Of a stretch of 64,000 bases of DNA, positions 11,170 through 24,511 are shown one piece after another. Made by a program: the position numbers and the translations under genes. The DNA comes from Amoebophrya sp. A120 (lineage: Eukaryota; Protista; Dinoflagellata). Position 1 is the stretch's first letter; each line of letters opens with the position of its first letter. Location: positions 3,091,675-3,155,674 of the forward strand of contig CAJINV010000001.1 in the NCBI GenBank assembly GCA_905178155.1, in the 5' to 3' direction. The notes beneath the pieces were generated by a model. The model ran no database searches and was not told the DNA's origin. It saw only the letters and a list, made by a program, of their open reading frames with translations.

Positions 11170-13945
11170 TCACTGCGTGATACGATTTTGCCGCGAGGAG
11201 AGCAAAGATAAGGTCAGAGACGAGTCGTGCTTGCTCCCTGATTTCATCGGATTCGGCAGCCTAGAATCTTGTTCCAGGTACATCGCGCGTTCGTCCTCCG
11301 TCGGAGCAAGGACCGACTCCACAGCGGACGCAGTTTTTCGGTTGATTTTCCGGTACACCTCGAACAGATTTCCTTTCCCACCCGGGAAAAACTCCGGAAA
11401 CTCGCGCGCGAGCTTCTGCAGAAACCCGTACATCCGGCGACTCTGCGCTACCTCCACGAAGTATGGAATGCAAACATGTCTGGGTCTGGAAGAATGCAAC
11501 TTGTGATGCTGCATTTGGATGTCTAAAAAATTTGTGTTGCATGAGCAGCAAAAGGAGCCCAATTTTTGCTACGCGGAGAGGGCGTTTGTCATGCGGTATA
11601 CGCATCAAGAACCCCGTAGAAAAATTGTGATGCTAGGGCATGCATCACAGACATCATGGCTCATGCAAACCGTGCATGACAAGTCTCAGAATCTTCCAGA
11701 CCCATACATTTTTACAATCCATACGAAGCTGTGCCCGTCGATGTTCGTGGTCTCCAGCATGAGGTGCTTCAACGAGAGCCCGCTGGTCATCGTGCTAGAA
11801 GTATTTGTCCTGCTCAGCACCTCCAGGATCGGCGCTGCGGCTTGCATATTCCCGTGGTAAGCAGCGTAGTGCAGCGCGGAGTTTCCGAACTTGTCCTGTA
11901 GAAGCAGCGGGGCGGGGGTTTGTACCTCGATCAGCAAGAGATTTTTCACAAGCGCCGCTTCGTTCCAGCGCGCGGCGTCAATCAGCGCGGTCGCGTTCTG
12001 ATCCTTGTCTTGGATGGCCAGCAGTTGCTCACCGATGACGGCGTCTGAGGTGGCATCTTCTGACAGGAGAATGCTTAAGGTCTTGAAGGCGGAGCTTAAT
12101 GCTGGCGCTGTTAATGATCCTGGTCCGTTATTCGTGCTCCTCTTGTCGACGCCAACTACCGAACCCTTGTGCAGCGCCTCCACCATCATGTGAAGAAACC
12201 TGTGCAGTTTTTTTTTGGCGGATACTAGAGCAGAGGACGTGGTCCCGGTCCGTCAAAATGAATTTCATGAAGACCACATCAGAAGCAAAACACGAAGAAG
12301 AAGAACCAAGCAAGCCCCTGCCGCGCGTTACCGAGTATGTGTGCGCATTAGTGACAAATAAAATTTTTTTTCAGTACGTTTTTCCCGTAAGGTATTCCCG
12401 TTGGCACAGCACAGCACAGAGCTCCGCCGGTTCCAGAAACTCGGACAACGCCGCTAGCAAGTGATCAAGGACAATCAAACCACCTCCGGGTTCAGCACCG
12501 TGAATAAAATCATCAGTGATTCTTTCCGCCGCGAAATGTAAACAGGTCCGGTTCTGCTTGTCTGTCGCCGCGAATAAGGTCTTGAGCAGCACCGTAGCTT
12601 TCGCTTCGCCGTGTTCTTCACTGCGAAGGATCCGTTGAGTCGCTTCGACGACGCTGGCGAGAAGCGAAGTCACCTGTTTGTCCTCTAAAATGATCTGCAG
12701 GTCCTCGCTGCTTGACGTAGTTGCTCCAGCTTCTTGTGCTTCTGTTCCAGAACCACCACGACCCGCTTTCTTGCCAGTAATTTCTTTCTTCGACAGCAAA
12801 ATGTGCAGCAGAGTGCAGCCGTAGCTGTCGCGGTGGTGCAAGTACGCCAGCGAGAGCGCCTCGCTTTGTAGCAAGGCCTGGCACGCGGCGGCGGGCACGT
12901 ACGCTTTTTTCACAAGTTGCTGGAGCAGGCTGCTGTTGTGCTTCCTGGACAAAAATCCGTTGATTTCCGTACTAGCCAAAGTACTCACGGCGAGCTGAAA
13001 ATATGGGGCAAAAAAAGCGTCCGCGGTTCGCTGTTCGTCTTCCTCGCCCCCTCGAGGGGGTTTTGCGTGGAACAGAAACCGAATTGCTGGTGGCACTTGA
13101 TGCTGTTGAGCGGTGCTGCTTCTGCTGTTCGACACCCTGTCTGGAACCGCCTCCGGGAAAAGCTCGTCAACATCAGTGTCTACGTGATCCGCGTCGCTCG
13201 CTGCTTTTGCCGCAGCTGAAAAGGGAGCTCGGCGACGATGTGCACGCGAGTCTACTTGTGCTAGCTGTGTCGGTTTTCGCATCTCGAGCAAGAGGCGCCG
13301 GTAGTTTAGATGCAGCCTCCCCTTGAATCCGCAGTCCACAGCGGGTGCGTTTCTTGGAAAAGCGAATTGCGCCGACCGGTCCGGGCTCCAGTCCAAGGCG
13401 ATGGGAAGAATTTTTGCGCCAAAAGTTTCCGCTGCGATTTCCCGCAAAACATCTTCGACGGTGGCGTTCTCCGGAACAGCGGTGCGTATTTCCTCGCTGC
13501 CGTCGACAGAAAGGACGGAGATCAAGACCGGCCGAGTGCTGCGCGAAGAAGCCGGCGGGGGATTTTTATTTTTCCTCTGTAGAACTTCTTTATCATTTTT
13601 GGCACCACTAGACGACGAAGAAGTTCTTTGCTCGGTCCTTTTCCTTGTCGAAGCCAATGGCTCACCAGCTTTTATTGCCACATCAAACAGACGCCGGTAT
13701 TCGTGCGCAAAATCGACTGCCAATTCTGGAATTCGAGCGCTGGGGTCACCCACTCCGTCCGCGAAATTCGACGCCCTGCTGCCCCTGGTTCTCCTTCCGC
13801 GCGGACCAGAGCCGTGGTCTGGTCGTTCACCAGGTGCTGATGCTCGGTCATTCTGCGTGCCACTAACCTCGCGGGACAAGTCCTCTTCACCGTTTTGTGC
13901 GGCTTGTGGGACAATGAGCTGAGTCCCCAAATCCAAGAATTCCAT
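11170..13945 (-). CDS. Ankyrin-repeat protein; 3 exons (GT-AG intron 12200-12377, introner 11462-11723)
   Basis: Ankyrin motifs DSYGCTLLH, DKQNRTCLHFAA, GKTFLHMMV (across the intron), NATALIDAA, DKFGNSALHYAAYHGN. Confidence 0.8.
11462..11723. mobile_element. TIR introner, family A (262-bp class), in the ankyrin gene
   Basis: TSD cgaag; TIR tatgga(a/t)tg..aa.atgt.tgggtctggaag; excision gives IDGHSF-VEVAQSRR. Confidence 0.92.
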
Positions 13946-14379
13946 GTTCTTTCGCGGTTTTGTCTTTGGTTGACCTCACTTCTTAATACGGGCTGTCGAA
14001 CAGGTCTGCGCCGTCTGTTTCCTTGCATGATCACAATGTTGACGACAACGGCTGCATTTGCTTGTCGATGTACCAAAAGCTGTTTCGAGGAAGTGAACCA
14101 GGACGCTCGGACTCTTGCTCAACATTCGACTTTTTTTGGCTCTGCCTCTGCCTCACAACTAAGTCCTCCTCTATACCTGTGCCTCTGCTCGGCGTTTCTT
14201 CGGCTCGAAATCGAATGTCCGACGTTCGAGGAGATAAAAGTGAACACTGATGACCACGCCGCATGTAACAACATCAACGACAAGAGTTCGTTGTGCCGCA
14301 GGACGACAACGAGAGATGAAGCTGCTTATAGTCAGAAGAAGATGCTTTGATGCACATTTTGCGTAAATCTTCACCGTCT

Positions 14380-16074
14380 TCATCTCTCGAACATGCTGGC
14401 GACGGCGGTTCTTTGTGCAACGGAGGAGAGCGCAAAATTTCGAAACACGGGGTCGAGTCCCTCGGTGCGGAGAAATACGGGTAGCGCATAGTCGTTTTTT
14501 CGCATGGGCAACACGCTCGGTTGCTGAAACAGGACCTGCCACATGTGCTCGTACAGTGCCGAGGTGTGGATTCCTGGCCGCGCGTCATGGCTCGTGTCCT
14601 GGCTGCACTTGATCGGAATCTCCTGGTCGAGCAATTTCCGTGCCTGCTGGTACGCAAAAGCGTTTTCGGCCGAGGACCCAAGACCAACACTCTCGTGGTC
14701 GGCGACGTCGCCAGTCTTTATTTGTCCCCTGGCATCGACGTCCGCATCGGTCCTCCTCGACGCCGGCAAGAGCACGCTTTTCCGCGGCACGACGAACTGC
14801 GAGCAGCAGTAGCCTGCGAAGGTTTTTTTCTCTGGAAATCCCATCTTTTCCAGGAGCTCGTACACGCATTCGTGCGAACTGCCGAGGAACCGTCGCTGGT
14901 TCAAATGCAGAAACGGCACGGAATTCGGAAAAGTGCCGGCGTTCACCATCTGCAAAGCGACGGAGAGAAGATCAGGCACCTGGTGGTGGATCGGCTCGCC
15001 CTGCAGGAAAAACAGAACGTCACTTTTGTGGTCATCGAACCAGGCCAGGTGCGTCGCGTACCCAATGCTTTCCATCGCGTAATTACGGAGGTTTGTGAAG
15101 GACACCTCGATAGGGATAGGCAATCCAGCGGTCTTTTGCGCGACGAATGTTCGCGGTTTCGGAACTTTGGTTTTCTCGTCCTTTGACGCGCCATTGTAAA
15201 AAGCAACGCCGGATGTGTCCTCAACAAGCCTCTTCAGCCCGCCCAGCTGCTGCAACAGCGTCGCCTCGGTTTCCTGCTCCAGGCTGCCGCACTTGTGGTA
15301 CACGAACACCCTGATTTTCGTCATGTACGATGTGGCACCCGCAGACCACATTTGGGGCAGGGCAACAAAGTACATCGGTAACCACGCCAACAGATCTTCC
15401 CGACAGTGCACGACGACCACGTCCACGACGGATTTTATTCTCTCCCGTTGCAGAGCCGCTTCGACGCGTCGCAGCCCTTTTCCGAAATTCCACGCATCTG
15501 TATGGTCTGGGTTCTGCGCCCCAAGGTGCCGCGCCACCTCGTACTTGTGCAGCCCGACGCTTTGATCTACCTCCGTGTACGCGAGGATTTCCGCCGTGAG
15601 CAAAAACGCCGCCGCCATCACCATGGGACACTCGGTCAACAGTTGCTGCTGCAGCGCGTAGGGCATGGACGTGAGGAACAAAGCCATAGGGACCGCGTCC
15701 GTCCCGCCGGGGGTTTGGTTCTCCCAATACTGCCGTACGTCCTCCTGGAACACAGCCCCGTGAATTTGCAACAGGTTTCCGTGGTAGGGAAACACCTCGG
15801 CTTTGAGCACGCTTGCCACCTCACCGGGGACCACATCGTTGGCGACCGGATCCTCGATAGCGCCGATCAGATCATCTACGACCTCGGTCAGGTTCAGCTG
15901 CATTGAAAAATCGGCATACCAACGAGCATTCGTGTCGCCGGGCTCAATGACGGCGCGAGCCAGTTGCAGAAAGTTGCATTGTTGGAGAAGCTGGAGTAGG
16001 AGATGAAGCATGCTCACCCGCCTGCGCAGGATCGGGCGCAGCGCCAACGGGCACGACGAGAGGAGCGCCCTCAT
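14380..16074 (-). CDS. DUF3431-like secreted/lumenal protein
   Basis: N-terminal hydrophobic leader; VVVHCREDLLAW, ESIGYATHL, FFLQGEP, YCCSQFVV, LYEHMWQVLF motifs. Confidence 0.7.
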   Translation of the reverse strand: MRALLSSCPLALRPILRRRVSMLHLLLQLLQQCNFLQLARAVIEPGDTNARWYADFSMQLNLTEVVDDLIGAIEDPVANDVVPGEVASVLKAEVFPYHGNLLQIHGAVFQEDVRQYWENQTPGGTDAVPMALFLTSMPYALQQQLLTECPMVMAAAFLLTAEILAYTEVDQSVGLHKYEVARHLGAQNPDHTDAWNFGKGLRRVEAALQRERIKSVVDVVVVHCREDLLAWLPMYFVALPQMWSAGATSYMTKIRVFVYHKCGSLEQETEATLLQQLGGLKRLVEDTSGVAFYNGASKDEKTKVPKPRTFVAQKTAGLPIPIEVSFTNLRNYAMESIGYATHLAWFDDHKSDVLFFLQGEPIHHQVPDLLSVALQMVNAGTFPNSVPFLHLNQRRFLGSSHECVYELLEKMGFPEKKTFAGYCCSQFVVPRKSVLLPASRRTDADVDARGQIKTGDVADHESVGLGSSAENAFAYQQARKLLDQEIPIKCSQDTSHDARPGIHTSALYEHMWQVLFQQPSVLPMRKNDYALPVFLRTEGLDPVFRNFALSSVAQRTAVASMFER

Positions 16075-16892
16075 CGTGCAGCTTCGTGCAGCTAAGCCTC
16101 AGAGTGTGTCTGCGAAAAAAAAAAATAGTACTATACTTTAATTATGTATCTGCCCCCGCAGCTCAAAGAAGGATGAAACTACAGTACGATGTGAAGATCG
16201 TGACAAAGCTAGGGTGATCGTTGCAATTGACTTGACATTCGCACGAAGGATTCACAGATCGCAATATCAAGTTCGAGATCGAGTTTGGCTTTGGGACACC
16301 GACACAAGGATCCAGTTGGTGGTCGCAACAAACAGCAAAGCGTTTCGCTAGAACAATGCTGATCTAGATCTTGATCCACCTCCTATTAGATACCGAATAA
16401 AGCACGAAAAAAGAGGCTCGAAACCCGGAGGTGCTGCACCCGAACCAAAATTAGACTCCGCGTCATGTAACATGCACAGGGCAGTGCAGGCATAGACGTC
16501 GGGGAAGCAGAAGCTTCAAAGAGTAGATGATACAACTACAGTGGTCAGCGTCACAACAACTTATGTTGCATTTTGTTTCAGAGCGTCACGTGCGACCGGT
16601 TCACTAGATGAGACTTCATCTACTGCGGGCGTTTCACAACACCAATCATCCATCGTCATCATGTTCATCGTCATCCTCATGCGTTTCATTCTTCCTCTGG
16701 AAAAAGTTGCAGCGTTCTTTTGCGGCTTTACCTATTTTCAGTTCTAATGCTCAGTAGTGACAACTTACTTCAGATAGATAGTAGATAGATTGCGTTCGCC
16801 GATTCAGACAGATTGCGCCGGGCAGCGAATCTGTAAGTACAAAAATGAAAATCGTTTCATCACAGTGATACTCTAGTACTTACTATGCGAGA

Positions 16893-18913
16893 TCAGATAT
16901 TTTGTTGAGTGTCAGCCGATTGGAAAAACGGTAAGCGCAAGCTGGCCAACCCGTCTACTTCGCGCACTGCTACGGGGCCTACCGCATAGTGAAACACCAC
17001 CCGGTGGAAGAAGGTGACCCAAAACAGAGAGGACAAAAGCATTCCACAGAAAAAAATCCCCGCTCCCTCCCAACCGCCGAAGCGACTCGACTGCTCTTGC
17101 GAGGCGTCTGTATTTTTTTCCTTGTCCTTCCGACGCGTCGACGCTGCTTCTTCATCATCACCCGCTTGATGTTCTTCAACAAGATTTGTTGCGTACGAGA
17201 GCAGCGCCGACGAAGATGAAGAACTCGTCGTCCGAACGTTGCAGACCTCCTCCCAGGTGCCCGTTTTGTCCATCAAATCGCCAAACGCGCGCTCGATGTC
17301 CGCCAGGGAGCACTTTCCCTCGGGATCCCTGCACGCTCGGGGAAACACGGGCTCCGCGTTGCCGAAGGCGTACAAGTCCTCCATCGGCTGCCCGGTCGTC
17401 AGGTACTCGTGCTTCTTGGCAAAACTCGGCTTGCTTGGCGTCCACGCGAAAAATTTGATGTAGTGCTCCTTTTCTACTTCTTCGTCCCCCTTCGCAGTAT
17501 TTTCATTCTCCACCTCGTGCAACTCCAAAACCAGCATGCTGCCGGAGGGCAATGGCTTCGTGACCCCAAAATCGATCCCCAACACGGTCGCGAACGCGGT
17601 CAAAAACTCGCGGTGGTTCATGAAGACCAGAAGCTTCTGGTGGAAGAAGAATTCCGTCGGCGACAGCGACCAGTCCGCGTGCTTCGCGTTGAGAGCCACG
17701 CCCGGGATCTCCAGCGTCTCCTTCTTTTTGCCCCGTTTGTCCTCGTCCGGCACGGTGAGGAAGTTCGGCAACAGAACTTGTTTGTAAAAATCGCCCAGCC
17801 AGTACGTCAGCTGGTGTGGCTTGCCGAACCGCTCCGCGTTGGTGAGTTTGGAGGAAATGGAAATTACGCTGTCCAGTAATGTTGGGTCGTTCTGTATCCA
17901 AGAAAAAAACATTGTAGGTGTAACTTTTTTGGAGGAACAGCATTACTGTCTGGCATGACAGCAAAAACCTGTCATGCGCAGATGGTACGTGAAAACGCCC
18001 TTCAGTGGACCCTACAATGCATGCCAAGCATGAGAGACGCAATCGCCTTGCATGTTCCGCATCACAAATTTACACTAACAACGTTTTTTTCTTGGATATT
18101 CTGGAAAAATTTCTCTTCCACCGCAATCCCCTCGTTGCGCGCAAAATTCATCATGTCCGCCGCGTTTTTCAGCGTCCACGCCACCTCCTTCTTCTGAATG
18201 TCTTTCGGCGCGTGGGACTGCGCCGGGTTGAAGAAGTCGATGCCGCAAGCCTGTTTTCCAAACTCGTCTATCACTTCCCGCGCGTCCTTTGTCAGGAAGG
18301 CCGCCGCGTCGAAACTGCTTTTGTCCTCCTTGTACACCGGCTTGCACGGGCCGTCGCGGGGCAGGTTCATGATGGTGTCGTGGAAGGCCGGGGCGGTCAG
18401 GATGGGAACCACGTTGGGGTCCGATTTCGCGAACCCCGTGACCCCGGTGCCGGGGGGGTAAAAGCCGAAATTCACCAACGCGTGCAAACTCACGACGTTG
18501 CGATCCATGCGTTCCGAGTAAAAGAAGGTCTCCTCCGTGTCGTAAAACGTTTTCGAGACGAGCGGCTGCTCTTTGGCTTGCTCTTTGTCCTCGATATACC
18601 GTTTGCGCAACCATTTCCCCGCCTCCTGGCACTCCGCCAGACCGACCCGACTGAGCGCGGCTTTCTGCTTCGCGTACTCGGTTTTGAAGGCGTCAAACAC
18701 AAAGGGCGCGGCCTTGGGGCAAATCGCCTCGGCCTGGGCGTTCGGGTTGCGGTTTCCGTGCCGGGCCAGGGCGATCACCTTGAGGAGCTTCGCTTCTGCG
18801 AAGATGACTCTGGCGCCGAAAGGCGACGGCAGGAAAAAACACAGAACAACGATGGCTGCGAAGCCAGCGCTGAAGGTGCGGAAAAGAACGGATCCCGTTG
18901 CCATGTTGTCCAT
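16893..18913 (-). CDS. Histidine acid phosphatase, signal peptide plus C-terminal TM; 2 exons
   Basis: RHGNRNP (RHGxRxP) after the signal peptide; two ORFs join as EKFFQ-NDPTLL once 17895-18098 is removed. Confidence 0.85.
17895..18098. mobile_element. TIR introner, family C (204 bp), in the acid phosphatase
   Basis: TSD ttctg; TIR tatccaagaaaaaaac(a/g)ttgt..gtgtaa; internal gcat(g/c/t)ac motifs. Confidence 0.92.
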
Positions 18914-19649
18914 AGATAAGTGACGAGGGGACGGAGATATTCAGGACGAAGGCACTAGTTGCGCTTGTTGGGCTCCTTGGGGTGCGTAAATTTATGAGCG
19001 TTAGTGAGGAACTCTTGTTTGAAGATTAGGGGGTGGGACTTGTCGCTTTGAGGTCTACGTCTTAGAATTGGATTTAGTAGAACCGCAGTACTACTACTAC
19101 ACCGCCACTGACGACGTCGAGGTATCAGCGTATTTTCATATGTATCAAGTCCAATTTGTCGGAAGCTTCTAGCACTACACCTTGTTATTCATGGCAACAG
19201 AAACTACTGCGACAGATATGGATTCATACTCTACATCTACATCTAGTAACATCTAGTAAGTTCTCGTCGCGGCGTCCATGCGCACTAAGATTAGATTTTG
19301 ATCACGCTCCGTACTGTGTCACTTGACAGACTTTCTTTGCTTTGATGGAGCGTATCACCGAAGAGCGTGCTCAGGAAGAGTTCCTTGTGAGCTTATTCAA
19401 ACGGTAATGACAGACAACAGACACTATGCAGCCGCAAATTGGCAGACGCCCGAAGGCCTCGCAGAATTCATCTTCGCTTTTTCTTTTTCACTTCGTCAGG
19501 GCTACTACTTCCCTACTTACAGAAGGTTTTCATGTTTTTGTATAAGTAGTCATTTAGTAGAGACCACTGAAGCGCGATACTATCTCAAGGGCCATCACAT
19601 GTTGCGTCGCTTGTGGACCGCGAAATCTGTGTACGACAAGAAAACTCGT

Positions 19650-22600
19650 TCACCCTTCCATGGGTTCGTCCTCGTCGTCGTCGTCCGCTGGGCCTTCGTC
19701 CTCGGGCCAGTCGAACACGGAGAGCTGGTCCAGCTGCTCCTTCGGGACGTCGTGCCGGACATTGCTTTTCGTAATGTCGATGTTCTGCAGCTTCACGACG
19801 GGCCCGGAGACGAACTTGATCATGCGCGCCGTCAGTTCCTCGGGGAAGCTGCTCAAGTCTCGTCCCCGAATGCACTCGTGGAAGGCCGGCATGATCTCTC
19901 TCCTCAGTTTCAAAACCTCGTCCATGGACTGCAGATGGTCGATGTTCGCCTTCCACTTGTCGAATCGGACGACTTTGGTCACCCGGTGTGCCTGGCAAAT
20001 ATGTCTGGGTCTGGAAACTTGTGATGCAAGAAAGAGAACAGTGAACTCACGATGATGCGCTGCCAAGCATGGCAAGTTTTTTTCATGGTTCTGAGTTGCC
20101 TACTCCGCATGACAAACTGCGTTTTTGCATGACGGGGGGGAGGAGCTCTTCGCGGCCATGCAACACAGAGCTCAGAGTCATGCCAGACTAGCATGACTAA
20201 TCTCGCAATCTCCCAGACCCAGACATTTTTGCAATTCATACCCGGTCGACGAATACGACGTTGGCGAACAGCAGCGCGTGGTTCGCGGACACGAAGGAGC
20301 TGTCCATGATGCTGTTGTGCGGCCCCATCTTCATGCTGTCGGAATACATCATCCAGCCCTCGCCGTCTTGCGTCCCGCTCGCCATCACGTAATCCGAGTT
20401 CACGGACCCACGAAACGCGGACACGGAGTCGCCACCCATAGTGTACCAAATGGCCGGACCCCGCCCGTTGTTGTACAGCGCACACCCGTTCGGCCAGAAA
20501 CCGCCGGTGACGGCACAGTTGAAGGCGTGGTGCTCAGGGGAGTTCTGAGGTTTGAGGTTTTGTTGAAAGGATGACGAGTAGAAAGGCACCTTTTCCTTTT
20601 GGAGACGATGTGACAGTAGCCGGTAATTTTCGTTTGCAGATGCGGCTCAGTGAATGACGAGACTTGATGAAACTACAGGACATGTTCGCTGATCACACTG
20701 AGCCGAAACTTGGAGCGTCGGTGGCACAGATCATAGTACTTAACCTTAAGTACCTTCTTGAACGGTTGCATGTCCATTATGTCCCCGTCTTCATTGACAT
20801 CGGAGCCGTTGTAGTTGGAATCCAGCATGAAGTTCAAAAACTGATTGATCATCATGTGTGCCATGTCTAACACCTCAGGTGACAACCCCTTCTGCTCGCA
20901 GAACTCATCGCCAGTGCCACTCTTGACCTGCGGATTGGGATTTGATTTAGGCTTATTGTACATCATGATCATCATCATGATCTCATACATAGAGGTGAAA
21001 AAATTCGGCGAAGCTGCAAGTCGTAGCAATTCCACAGGGAGGCGGCGATATCGATAAGTAAAGGAAAAGGTGTTGAAAATGAAAATGCGGACAACGGCAG
21101 ATCAAAAGCCGCATTGATGAATACCGCCTGTCGCCACCCATAGTACGCATGGATGGTCGTGACGTGGTCCGACCCCTCGTGCTTAAAGTAGTCCTTCCCC
21201 GCGTCACGGGAGCCTGTTCCCGGCTGCGTCTGGAAGGGGTTCTTCACTGCCAGAAAGGCGGCCGCCACCGCGGAATACCTCAAACAGCGGAAGGCCGCAC
21301 CTAGAAGGAGCATTTTGGCCTGGATCGGCGCGATCGGAATGGCGGCAACCGCGCGGCCCAGTCCGGTCAGTTCTCCCTCCCGGGTAAGGCAGTTCATGTT
21401 CTTCAGCACGTAGATGGCCTCCTTGATAGCGCTCGAGGAGGGCTGGGCCATACTGGACGTCAGCATCTTCCCGATGTCTTCATTAGTGCCACCGAAAATC
21501 ACTTTCGACTGGAGAATGACCTCCTCCATACTGCTGGTCAGCATCGCAGGGGTTGGAAATTCCTCGAAGGCCTTGAACTTGTAACTCGGGAACAAGTGGA
21601 CCACCTGACAGTAATGTAAGTAGAAAAAAATTTACAACAAGGCATCGTATTCAAGGAGCTGCAAGTGGAACTACAGAGAGCAGGAGGGCAACGCGCGGTC
21701 AGAAGATGAACACAAAACGACATCAAGCTGCTTTATTCTTCGATCAGACCAACCAGACTGGAGCCAAAATTTATATACCATGCCCTCCTGCACACGCCCG
21801 GCGCGACCGCGTCGCTGAATTGCGTTTGCCCGGGTGACCATGGTGGTGTCCAACGACGACACTGACGTGTCCGGGTTGTAGTTTCGTTCCTTCCGGACCC
21901 CGGAGTCGATCACGTACACAATGTCGTCAATCGTTACACTGGCTTCTGCGATGTTGGTGGACAGTACAATCTTTCGGTACCCCTTGGGCGCGGGCTCAAA
22001 CGCCTCGTGCTGCTGCTCTGGGGTCATCAAACTGTGCAACGTGATCAACTTGAATTTCTGGTTTTTGGCGTGTAACTGCAGGAAAATCTTCGCGATGTCG
22101 CCCCACCCGGGCAGGAAGACCAAAATCGCGCCGCTGCCCTTCGGCTCGTTCTCGTGGAAATACATGATCAGGTCGATGATCAAATCTACGTAGACTTCTT
22201 TCTCCCTCCACAATGCGCAGGCGGACAGCGTCTTCTGGCTGTATTCGTACACCCGGTCCGGCCGCGGGATTGCCAGCGTCTCGTCGCGCTCAATGCGTTC
22301 GTACGCGTCGGTTAAAGCGCCCTCGCTGGCCCCGTACTCGTTGGTGCCGTCGTCCCGGCTGTCCTTCCCTTTGTTTTTTCCCTTCCCCTTGCCCTTCTTG
22401 CCCTTCCCTTTGCCCTTCGCCGGAGGGCAAAACCCGAGCCAGTTGCACGCGTCTTCCCAATAGTAGTCGTACACGGTGAACATCCGACCCGGAATGTGCA
22501 CGGGCTTCAGTGCATTCTCTCCGTTCACCTTCTCGAAATACCGTGCGAAATCATCAGCTTTTAATGTAGCAGACATTAAAACGATCTTCAAATGCTTCAT

Positions 22601-23861
22601 GTGGCCCTTCAGCATGGCGGCGCGGATCAGGAGCAGGAGAAAGTCGGTGTACACGTCGCGTTCGTGGACCTCGTCGACGATTAGGCAGCCAATGGAGTCC
22701 AGATCCGGCTCGGAGTGAAGACGTCGGAGGACAATCGCCGTGGTGGCGTAGATAAGGCGGGTGTGCTCGCTAAATTCGTTCACGAAACGAATTTGGTAAC
22801 CGACCTGTGGTTGATTGTCGTGGTGGTTGAGATGTTTGTATTTCATTTTCATGGATTTTGATTCACTCTACTATACTGCTTAGCTTGACACACAAATGGC
22901 TTGAAGCAGAATTCTGTCCTATATTGAGATCCTGATTCTCAAATGCAGTTTCACTCTGCAAACATCGACACCAGCATTTTTCATATATCACAATTATAGA
23001 ACTACTTACCTCATCCCCCAGCGTCTGGCCTCGGTCCTTTGCGACGTATTCTGGTAGAGTAATGGCCGCTACTCGCCTTGGCTGTGTACAGACCACCACT
23101 TTGTCGTCAGGAACTAAATTGACCGCGTCGCAAACGAGCTGCGGGATTAGTGTAGATTTACCGCACCCGGTGTCTCCGGAGATCACCGTGACGCGGTTCC
23201 GTCTGATTGCGGAAAGGATCAAATCCTTCTTTTCCCAGGTCGGCATGCGTTTGCTTGCCTCGGAGACCGGCGGCGCGTCGTCCCGCCGCGTCTTCACGCC
23301 CGACCCCGAGCCTCCTGAGAGGTCCTGCTGCCAGCTCCCCGGCTTCTTGAACTGCTGGGGTTTGCCCTGCAGGACCTGGCGCTGCGTCTCCTGGCCGGTG
23401 GACTTCGTTATAGTCGGCGCGGAGGTGTTTGCGTCCGGCTTTTTGAGCATCTGTGGCGCGCCGGCTTTGGGTACCAAAGTGACCGCGCCCAGTTTCGTGG
23501 GCATACTCAAATCCGCGCTGTTTGGCACGACCGGGTTGGCCGCGGCCGTATTGCTCGTGGTCGTGGCCTTGGGTGCGTCTTCGAGTGATCTTTTTAAATC
23601 CTGTAGTATGTCGAGCAATTTCTCCGCCGTGAAAACCACGTCGGGCAGGGCGCAGTTGTTCTTGAAGTCATAGTCGCCTATCCAGGGCGTGCTCAGCGTG
23701 TCCTTGATGTGGGCCGGAGCGCGCTGGGTCAAGTCCCGGAGTTGATTTACCACTTTCTGGGTGTACGCCTCTAACTGCTGGGGAGACGGGACCTTGCCAT
23801 CCGTAATGAGCTTCTGGACCTGCGTGATCACAGAACCAACGTGATTCTTCAGGTTGTCCAT
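19650..23861 (-). CDS. DEAH-box RNA helicase (DHX36/DHX57/DHX29-like); 6 exons (GT-AG introns 22805-23009, 21605-21778, 20928-21124, 20545-20753; introner 19987-20240)
   Basis: GDTGCGKST, TQPRRVAA, DEVHERD, MSAT, STNIAEASVTIDD, QRRGRAGR, and an HA2 region (LTGLGRAVAAIPIAP). Confidence 0.92.
19987..20240. mobile_element. TIR introner, family A (252-bp class, inverted orientation), in the helicase
   Basis: TSD cccgg; TIR core atgtctgggtctgg at both ends; left end reads tgt; excision gives VFVDRV-TKVVRFDKW. Confidence 0.9.
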
Positions 23862-24511
23862 CTTTTATTTTGAGGTTCTTGGCACTTTATCAGCGGAGTG
23901 GAGGAGTTGTACTGGGGACTAGGGGACGGGAGGTAGCTTTGTGTTTGTCGGGAGCCTTTATATATTAGGGGTGTACTCCGTTCTACTACACTGTTTTTCG
24001 TACTTACTGCTTCGGTTGCAAGCGGGGGCATTGATGATATTGGAGGAACCAATTCAGGCGTCAAAATCAAGGACGCGCCCTTTTTGTAGCGTGAGTAACA
24101 TACTCAGAAGAGCATCCATCGGTCTTGGGATCGATCCATGAAGCTGAAGCTGAAGCAGTTGCATAGTTGCATGCATCTTGTTGGTCAAGAAGGCGGATCT
24201 TCGTGGATCACAATCCTCTTCTTGATCCATCTGAGTGGACCCTACACGATGCCTGATTCAAAAACTTGGGATCCCGCACATGATCTCCGCTTGCAAAACA
24301 AAAAGTAGGCGTAGGCACGAACTCTTTTTCAGACTAGTGCTTTCTCGGGCGGTGATTTCACCGTCGCATTTTTCAGTAGTCAAGAGTAATTTGGGATTTG
24401 CATTTGGCTGTGTATATCATACATGAAGTTTTTGAATTTCGTTAATTGAAAAACGGGCAGCGCTTTCATCTGTGGTGTATTGGCCGACGTTTCACAAATC
24501 GTACACGAATT

